Part shown: positions 49,777 to 64,000 of the stretch, one piece after another | How the letters are laid out: the number at the start of each line of letters is the position of its first letter | Numbering within the stretch: position 1 is the stretch's first letter | Assembly: GCA_000708835.1 (NCBI GenBank) | Contig: DF236950.1 | Coordinates: 225,355 to 289,354 of the forward strand | Length of the DNA stretch: 64,000 bases | Origin: Klebsormidium nitens | Taxonomy: Eukaryota > Plantae > Klebsormidiophyceae | Reading direction: 5' to 3' | Program-made: the position numbers and the translations under genes | The notes under the pieces: model-generated | What the model saw: the letters and a program-made list of their open reading frames with translations, nothing else | Databases searched by the model: none | What the model was told of the DNA's origin: nothing

Positions 49777-52700
49777 ATGCAGGCTTTGAGGGGCCAGTGC
49801 AGGCCAAGCTGGTGCGCGAAGCAACCCGACGGCAGGATGCAAGCTGATACCGCCCAAACGAGGGTGCCTCCTATACCAGCCACCTTTACGCCCCCACTCA
49901 TGGATCCCCCCGGGCCTGTTCACACCACCATCAGCAAGGTGGGCCGGGGCCTGGCCGCCAGCGCCATGACTGCGGTCGTTCTTTTGGGGCTGTTCCTAAC
50001 AGCGGTGCCTATATACCTCACCCTCCTGAGGGCCACCCTGCCTAAAGTTACTGATGTCAAAGAGCCCCTGTTCTTTGACTACCGGCTGCCGCAGCCGGCC
50101 GCGACGATGCCGCTGCTGCCTCCTGAGCTGCGCACCAAGGCGTATGCGTACGCAGCGGAGGATAAGCCCGTGAAGAAGTTCCCCAGGGTATTCCAACCGG
50201 GGCAGCTGTACGATGTGACGGTGCGCTTGGAGCTGCCAGACTCGGAGCAGAATGTGCAAGTTGGTATCTTTCAGGTAAGAGATGCTGGTGACGAATGTCT
50301 GGTGATCTGATCACTGGAACAAAGCGCGGCATGTGGTGGGGCCGGTGTGAATCTAGCAATGCTGCAGGCATGTGGTGTTCGTAAATGCAGAAGGGATTTA
50401 GGCAGAGGGTACTTACGGTATCAGTGGTAAAAATGGGGCCTTCTTGTAGGATCTAATGGTTGTCAGCAGTAATCAGAATGGTGAATATCACACGAATCTG
50501 GGGTATGATCAATTCCTGTGATAGAGCGTTGATCAATTCCTATGAAAGAGTGTGGTTTTCCTATTTAGAGAGATGTGCATGTCCTGTCAAATCAACCACT
50601 GCATGGTTGGATCGCACCTCTACATGCGCATGTGCGGATCAAAGCGCACCATGTGCAAGGCATGTGCTGTGCAATCTCTTTGACAATGCATGAGAGCTTT
50701 TGACCCCCAGGACCTCCAGACCATGCATTTGTTCTTTGTCGTCTCCACCAAAAGAATAGGACTGAGCCTTTTGTTCAGATCTTCCGGAAACATCTAAGCT
50801 CCGTTTTTAGCAGTCTCCAGATTGTCAAGCCCGAGCCTGCCACTCGAAATGCTATCCTGTTTCCTTTGCCTTTCTAAAATAGTAGCCAGCATCAACAGCC
50901 TGCCTTTCCAGCTGTTTCGTCTGGCGCATCTTTCCGACACCTTGAAGTACTTTTACCCCTCTTTAATCAGCTAGCTCAACCGGCCTCCTTATCATGCTAA
51001 CCCGCCTCCTTAGATCTGCTTTCCCCCTGCTCTTGCTCTAAGGTGACACTGCAGCAACTTTGGCCGGCTTAAAGCACCTCCAGCACGACGGCCTCCGTCT
51101 TATGCTAAACAATATAGTCCTCAAACTTGCTTCTCTCTTGCTTCCCCCCCAGGTGACGGTGCAGCTGCTGTCAGTACGCGACGACGTGGTGGCGACCACG
51201 ACGCAGCCGGCCATGCTGCACTACCGCAGCCCGCTGGTCAAGCTTGCGCGCCTCCTTGCAATGGCCATCCCAATCGTCTTCAACTTCGTTGAGGTGTGTG
51301 CTGACGCCGGTTGTCAGCAATCGTGGAGTTTGAGAAGAATCCATAGCAAGTCTGGTCGCATTCTACTCGTCAGAGCTCGTCTGGTCTCTAACCATCTGGG
51401 ACAATTTGAAGCCAGCTGCTTGGGTGCTCGATCCCGCTCCTGGATGCCAGAGAATACGAGCTCGAAGATCTTGCTCATGAAGTTTGAAAGTTTCAAGTCT
51501 CAGGTCATGTTGTCCTGTTATTGGATGTACATTCTAGTATTTTCAGGCTACCGTGATTCTGTGGCCCGTTTGCAGATGAGCGGTTTTGCACCTGCCCAAA
51601 ATCATTGGGGCGACTATATGTTCGCTCCTGTGGAGGTCGTCGAGTCATAAGCTAGGTCACAGCACCGCAAGAAGTAGTTCGGTCGATTCCTTGTGACGAT
51701 CTCCTCCTTCTTGCAGTGTCATAAGCTAGGTCGCAGCATTGTACGAAGAAGTTCGGTCAATTTCTTCTGATGTATTCCCCTCTTACAGGAGCGCCAAGTC
51801 CTCACTCTGACCATGCTCAAGGGCTACCAGGAGGGCCCCCTTCCCGTCATCGCAGTGCGCGTGCTCATCGAACCCTCTGCGGGGCGGCCCCCCGAGCTCG
51901 GCCTCCCACAGATCTATTCTGCAGAAGCAGAGGTCAGGACGCGTCTTACGGGGCTGGCTGCGCTGCTCTACAACTGGAGGTAAGGGTGCAAATCAAGGCA
52001 GAATATCGCTAGGCCTGATCTCCGAGCCCCGTCAATGCCTCTTGAAGCCTCAAATTTCAGCCTGGGGATCCTCCTTCATTTGTCCTTCTTGACGACTAGA
52101 TTCCCCTTTCCTTTTACTTCCAGTGTCTAGGCTCCCCCTTCTCTCTACCTCCTTAGCGTTTGATTCCTCATGCTTCCCTACTCCCACCGTAATATCTATG
52201 CTACCACGTCGCCATGTTGGCAGACGCTCCTTGAGCGCATCGTCAATTCTACAATGACGCACCCTCTTTATTTGCCCCCCAGGTTCACCAGCTTCGTCTG
52301 GGGCCCCTTTGTCATCTTCATGTGGGAGCTGGCGGTCGCTGTCCTATGCTGCCCGGGGCTCGTCCTCCCGGGCTTCCTCCGTAAGACGGCGCCAACCCCG
52401 GCGAGGCCCCCGGTAGCCCCCCTGGTGCGCCCTCCGGTATCCCCGGCCGGAAAAGACATGCTACGAACGGGGGCTGCAGTCGTGGGCGATTTGGAGGACT
52501 TGGAGAGCCTTGGAATTGACGAGATCCCGAAGGTAAAAGGAGCTTGACGTCCAAGTGGGATCGCTCTTGTGTGTGGCTCTGTTCCCTTCGGGAACTTTTC
52601 GTGCGTCAGGGACGGTCTGCGTGCTTCACATAAGAGGCTACTCTCTCTTTGCGTTTTATTATGCTTGCCGCTCCGGCAAGAGAGGGCGGAGGCAGCCAGT

Positions 52701-54283
52701 CTGGAGACGGTCGAACGGTAGGAACGAGCAATGTCTGAACATCCACTCGAAACACTTCTACTGCTTGACAAACTCAATCTGGACATGTTTCTATGACCCG
52801 CAGCTCTTTATAATCCTGCAAGTTCGTTTGTTTGCAGGACCAATCGGGCGCAGCCGAAGTGTCTGCCGACGCAAGTGTCTCCATGAACGGAGATAGCACT
52901 ACCTCCGAGAGCGACTACACTCTAGTGGGAGGCAGGCGCGTCAGCATTGGACTGGGGGTGGAAATTGGCCCTTCCCGGAGGAGGTCCAGCGGGTCGCGCG
53001 GGCAGCGGCCTGAGCGCGCGGGATCGCGGGAGCGAGTGACGGTGCCAGTGCTTTTGGACGGGAAGTGGGACGACAGCATGGAGCAAGCGCTGGAAGACAT
53101 TTTGGAGGCGCGAGTGAGCCCCGAGGCCAGCGAGGCGAGCGAGGAGCTCTCAGAAGATGACGTCATGGCTGAGGATGACGTCTTGGGGGAGGACGACATT
53201 GCAGGAGAGGACGACGACCTGTCGGGAAAGGTGGATGATCTTTTGCGCGAGGATGCTGACGTCATGGGGGAGGGGGATGACGTCACGGCGGAGGGGGATG
53301 ACGACATGCCAGTCCTCGAGGATGGGGCCCAGCAGGGCGAAGCGACTTGGGGCGGAGGGGAAAGAGAGACGGGGTTGGAAGAAGCCGAAGGGGAGCCGGG
53401 AGATGCGTCCCAGGCGGAAAACGAGGGAGCGCTTCTGCAGGCTGGGGGGGGGTCCAGCAAGCTGAATGACTTGCTGGGGGACAACGGGAACGTAGAGTCA
53501 GTCGGGGGGGATCGGAAGCAGCGCACAGAGGAGAAGGGTTCGCGACCAGAAGCTCTTACGCTACCGCCTGAAAACGGGGGCGCGACGGGAAGTGCGGTGG
53601 AGCTTGGGCGCTCGAGCTCGTCCGATGACAAACACGCACAGTCCGGGCTGACGTCAGAGAGTGCGGACTCCGCTCCCAGGCGCAGCCAGAGTCTGGACAA
53701 TGTAAAAGCATCGTCGTCGAACGGTGTGAACAGGCCGGATGAGGCCAGCGGGTCAGGGGCGGCTTCGACAGGGGGAGGAGGCAACGCGGATGATGCGAAC
53801 AGGGGGGAGTCGCCCGGGGGAAGTGGGTCTCGTTCCGGGGGGGAGAGCCCGAACACTGGGGTCTACTCGAGATTCTTGACACGGGGGTTTCCGCGCAGCG
53901 GCAGCAGCGGCTCCCTCTCAGAGAAGACTCCTGAAAAGCAGGGTGTAAATAAGCACACACAGGGCGACGTAAATGGGGGTGCTAAGGGAAGTTCTCCGAA
54001 CGAGGCTGGGAAAGGCGAGGAGTTCCAGGATGCTGTGGACACACTTACGCCCACGGTCTCGGATGCTTCCATGCAGGAGGCAGTCGAGGACAACGATTGG
54101 TTGGAGGTGCCACGTGTAGGGACGGAAGGGGGTTCTGACATCCCCCAGAATGGTACGCAACAAGGCAATAGGGAAGCAGAGGATGGAGAAGGAAATGAGG
54201 ATGAAGACGGTCAGGGGTCGAGTTTACTTGGTCCTCTGCTTGGGGGTCTGAGGCGCCGGGGACGGACGAAGCAGGATAAGTAA
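49777..54283 (+). CDS. SEIPIN: Seipin (lipid-droplet biogenesis) with long acidic C-terminal tail
   Basis: TM1 (VVLLGLFLTAVPIYLTLL), then EPLFFDY..PAATMPL, YDVTVRLELPDSEQNVQVGIFQ | V..PAMLHYRSPLV | EEERQ-like exon..PQIYSAE..LLYNWR | TM2 (FVWGPFVIFMWELAV), then a 480-codon final exon. The start may be 49777 or 49837. Confidence 0.9.
50975..51175 (+). repeat. Degenerate 110-nt tandem duplication of the seipin exon-2 acceptor junction
   Basis: AG|GTGACACTGCAGC (51043) versus the functional AG|GTGACGGTGCAGC (51153). Both are preceded at similar spacing by CGGCCTCC....ATGCTAA. Confidence 0.7.
51644..51790 (+). repeat. 74-nt tandem duplication ending at the seipin exon-3 acceptor
   Basis: gtcataagctaggtc.cagca...gttcggtc.att.ctt.tga...ctt.cag occurs twice (51644 and 51718). 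The first copy ends in a decoy CTTCTTGCAG (51716) and the second in the functional CTTACAG (51788). Confidence 0.85.
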
Positions 54284-55238
54284 CACACAATCTCCCTGGC
54301 TCCTAATCGGCATGGCAGAATCAGCCGCTTTAAGGATGTAAGCTGCACTTTTACGCACGTTTCGATACGACCTGACGGGCTACCTTGCGGGGGACCGTCA
54401 GATCCAGTAGGTTCCAAGTTCAGGACTTAAAATTTCGGATCCACCTCGCAAGATCTCTGACGTTTGCACAATAGCGGGTGCAAACGCTAGCAAGGGCGTT
54501 CAAGGGCGGCCTCGGTAGTGCAATTCCATCAGCACTGAGCAGAAGCGGGCTGCGAAGTGTACACCTTCGTATGTTGATAGGTCTAACGCGCCCTGGTTAC
54601 TGATGAGGTCATGCGACGGCACGCTCATGTAAATTGGTCCACCCAAATGACGTGTTGCATCTTCTTCTTTGAAAGGTCACTCCGTCAGTCGAACACGATC
54701 ACAAACGGTGCCAGCAGAGTGACATCGCCCTCATGCATGTTGTGCATACGCGCGCGCTGCTGACGCACCTATATGTGCATTAATACATCCGGATTCACCG
54801 TCCAGCCTGCAATAGCACATGTGCATGCCATGGGAAGGCTTACTTTATCAGGCCTATTTGGCTATGGCGAGAACGAAGTTAGAGATCGCCACCGTGCCGT
54901 GTGCAATGATATGGCCGCGGCATGCAGGCTCGACATCACTTTATACCTATACATGAAAGGGAATACTATGAAGCTGTAAGTCTGATACGTCTTGTGCATG
55001 AATTACAATGAACAGCAGATAGGTACATAGGTATATCATCCGGTGCAGCTGGCCGGCGAACAGCCGCCTGATCGTGAGTTGATAGCTAGAAGCAGACATC
55101 TTCAGATCTTCAAGAAGTCTAGCTATGGCCGCACTGGCTACGGCGTTACGAAAAGAGACCATCGTATATACCTGAGGCAAATGCGAGGCAAAGTGCATCT
55201 AGGTGGATTTTCTGTAGGTAATTGACTAATTCCAGAAT

Positions 55239-55247
55239 TTAGGGTTT
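55239..55247 (-). promoter_or_regulatory. Telo-box (AAACCCTAA) upstream of AlaAT
   Basis: Exact TTAGGGTTT about 170 nt upstream of the ATG at 55415. Confidence 0.4.
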
Positions 55248-55414
55248 TAACTTTTGACCGTGCGAAGTTGGCTAGCTGCAGCCTTCCGCCCACTGCTTGA
55301 CTTGACATTTGTCCAATCCTCGTCATCACACAAGGATGCGTGTGGCGCCTCGGAGGTGCTGCCTCAGAGTCCTTTGGCCCGTCTTTGGAGCGTGAAGACC
55401 GCTTGCATGTCAGC

Positions 55415-61537
<6,123 letters not shown>

Positions 61538-62829
61538 GAGCAGTGAAAGCAGCGGAAGAACTTAAAAAGGCTTGCGGGGATTCAAGTTCAGGTGTAACCA
61601 GGTGTGAAGGTCATTTCGAGGCTACAGCACACCCGTCTAAACGGGCAGGTTGGTGGGATGTGGTGCAAACCCGTGTCACGGTGTACAAGTACCATGAGAA
61701 TGTCGGTGCGGAAACATCTTGTTCCGAGAGCGTCCGCCGCCCGTCTTTCAAGCCCAATGGGCGTCTTACTCGCCTCAAACGGATTTGACCCGGCCACCCG
61801 GCCACTGCAAGATGTGCGAGGAACTTTTACAAGTATCTGTATTTCTGACATCATTCCGACAATGGAAAGCCGATGAAGTAGCTGGTGGCAAACTGCACTG
61901 ACTGTTTGGCATTACAAACAAGCCGCCCGGCACACCCTTAAAGGAAGGTGCAGTATTGTTATATGCGCCGACTCGAGCTATTGAAATTTTCCCGCTCGCG
62001 TATGTGGATGCACGTGTACTGCCAGACGATTGATTGCATCGATCATGTCATTGCATGTATATACTGAGATTCTCATGGTGACTAGTTAATCAACGCTGGT
62101 CTGCATGGCATGCGCATGAGCACGAGTGATCGAGTCGGAGCGATCTAGTATAACTCAGTGCAACCAAGGATTTCGGAGCCAGTGGCATGCGGATGGCCAA
62201 TGATGCTGAATTAACTGAGTGTCCTTGGGCGCGTAGCTCGAGCTCAGCTGGGTGCCAAGTCTGTGCATGTGATGCATTCAAGTCACTTGTATAGTATGCA
62301 CTTCAAATCAAGACGAATTCCGCACAATGATCTGCAGCCGAGCCTTTCGAGCTCCCGCATTGATTGAGCTAGATAACGACGACTCCGTTCGATCACGATC
62401 ATTGAGTGTAGCCCTCACACACTTCAAAAGAAATCATGGTCCTTTTCCATCTCCAGTTTTGGGCGATCCGTAAAGTCATATGCCAGCTTTGAATCAGTGA
62501 GTTTGCTCAACAATCCTCGCGACCTGACGGCGAACTGCTGCACAACTTCACCGGCCGTTCAGCACATTGTAAGGGGCCTGCAAGTCTAATGCAGTCAATT
62601 GGTAGTTTGGCATTGTTGCCTCGTAAGAGGCACACCGTCGTGACTTTACGTTGAGTGGTACCGCCGCAAGCACCCATTGCACGATTCATGTCCAGCTTCT
62701 CAAAACGAACCCATCCTGCATTAGACAGCCAGCAGGATGCCAAACGGGATCAACAATGGTGGGCGCTGCACCGGCCAGCTGCGGAGACTTTCTAGCCGTC
62801 TGATGAGGCCCAACGCTTCGAAATCCTCG

Positions 62830-64000
62830 CTAACAGAAGAACATGGTTTCCTGTAAAGCTTCCTTGATCGCTGGCAAGCGGTATGCGGCCCGCCCGGCCT
62901 CCCGGCGACCCGAGCTGCCGCTCGAGACGCTCCCCCGGTCGTTCTCCGCTGAGTCCATGTAGAACCGAGCCCGGAATGCCGCCAAGTGCGCGTAGTATGC
63001 TGGCGGGGCTGCGAAAATGTCCGAGAGGTAAGTAAGAGACTGTATTCAAAACCATGATGCTTGCGCTTTGCTTTTAGAACTCGAAACGAATTGGACGTAC
63101 AAACGCTCTATTGTGCATCCGACTAATGGAGTCTATCCCTTACAGGGCGAGAAACTCGACGCCTCGTTTGGTGGACGAGACGCAGTAGCCCCAGTCAAAC
63201 CTGCCTCCTTTCTGTCTCCTAGAACCAGTCCTTCAACGCTCTTATTCTTTCCTCAAACAACTCCCCTTTCATTCCAGCTTCAATGCACCCTCTGAAAGGC
63301 TTAGTCTGTCCAATCACCCCTACAAGACGCGCCCCATCTGTGCGCCTCAACCGGTGATGTTGTGATTGTTGCAGATATTACATTTCCAGAGGTTTCCCTA
63401 GGTGCGAAGTGCTTCTCACCTAGGGAAACGGAGCGCGTGCAGCGCGCGAACGTGTAGCAGAGGCTGTTGGTCAGGTCCTGGATGGCGTCAGCGGTGAACT
63501 TGTTCTGGTCGTACAGCACGTGGTAGTGGCACGGCCGCGACGTCCCCTGGACGGACAAACCGGAACGGAATGACACGGAACCAAGACAACGCCACCTAAA
63601 CAAGCGAAGCAAGCCTGGTATGGCACGTTGATGCAAGAGTGGGGCGAGAGGCGAAGAAGTAAGTGCGCCTCAAGAAGGGAGGGGGCCCTCGAGCAACGCT
63701 TAGGAAGACTCATCAAAGAACTGGCGATGACGAAATGTCAAAGCCACTGCGCCAGTGGATGCAAGCCTACCGTCAAGGTCACTGGGCTTCCCGTCGAGGT
63801 CATCAGGAAGCCCGTGACTTATCTCCGTTGTTCTCACCTTCAAGCCGGTGTGGCTGTTGAGATAGAAGTCGAACTGGCTGGGATGAGTGATCACCCGGTC
63901 CACCACAGTGCCTATACACGCAAGAGAGGCGAGCGCAGTTAAACTTCTAGACCTGCAAACACAGCTTCTATGCAGGGACTTTGCTCGAGCGACGAGTGTG
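62830..64000 (-). CDS. AGO: Argonaute, PIWI-domain 3' end (gene continues past the right edge)
   Basis: Exons 63911-63838 ([25 protein letters not shown]), 63546-63420 ([29 protein letters not shown]) and 63008-62830 ([17 protein letters not shown]...ETMFFC*). Confidence 0.95.

Overview
Eukaryotic, intron-rich nuclear DNA of moderately high GC. Plant-type orthologues together with non-angiosperm genes (class I cyclic-nucleotide PDE, GT25) suggest a streptophyte green alga such as Klebsormidium; this is inference. About 15 spliced genes could be reconstructed by hand with in-frame GT(GC)-AG junctions: a class I phosphodiesterase (runs off the left edge), an orphan ORF, mTERF, nicotinamidase, a tandem-domain GT25 glycosyltransferase, a C1orf52-like Zn-ribbon protein, a GT37-like fucosyltransferase, a kelch-repeat protein, a TMEM87/lung-7TM protein, SPRTN/Spartan, a 2-hydroxyacid dehydrogenase, VIP3/SKI8, seipin, alanine aminotransferase and the 3' end of an Argonaute (runs off the right edge). 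No tRNA, rRNA, CRISPR array or autonomous transposon was found. The most unusual signal is a set of tandem arrays built from the genes' own splice junctions. Five introns in three genes carry 2-6 degenerate copies of [intron end + AG, usually with the exon start] or [exon end + GT + intron start] stacked against the functional site, so decoy splice sites must be skipped. Secondary signals are a small TIR-plus-hairpin element, palindrome-rich gene 3' flanks with TGTAA motifs, a featureless ~630-nt block in an intron, and an FFAT-like motif in an unusually long seipin tail. All exon calls are manual and unverified by RNA-seq or database search.
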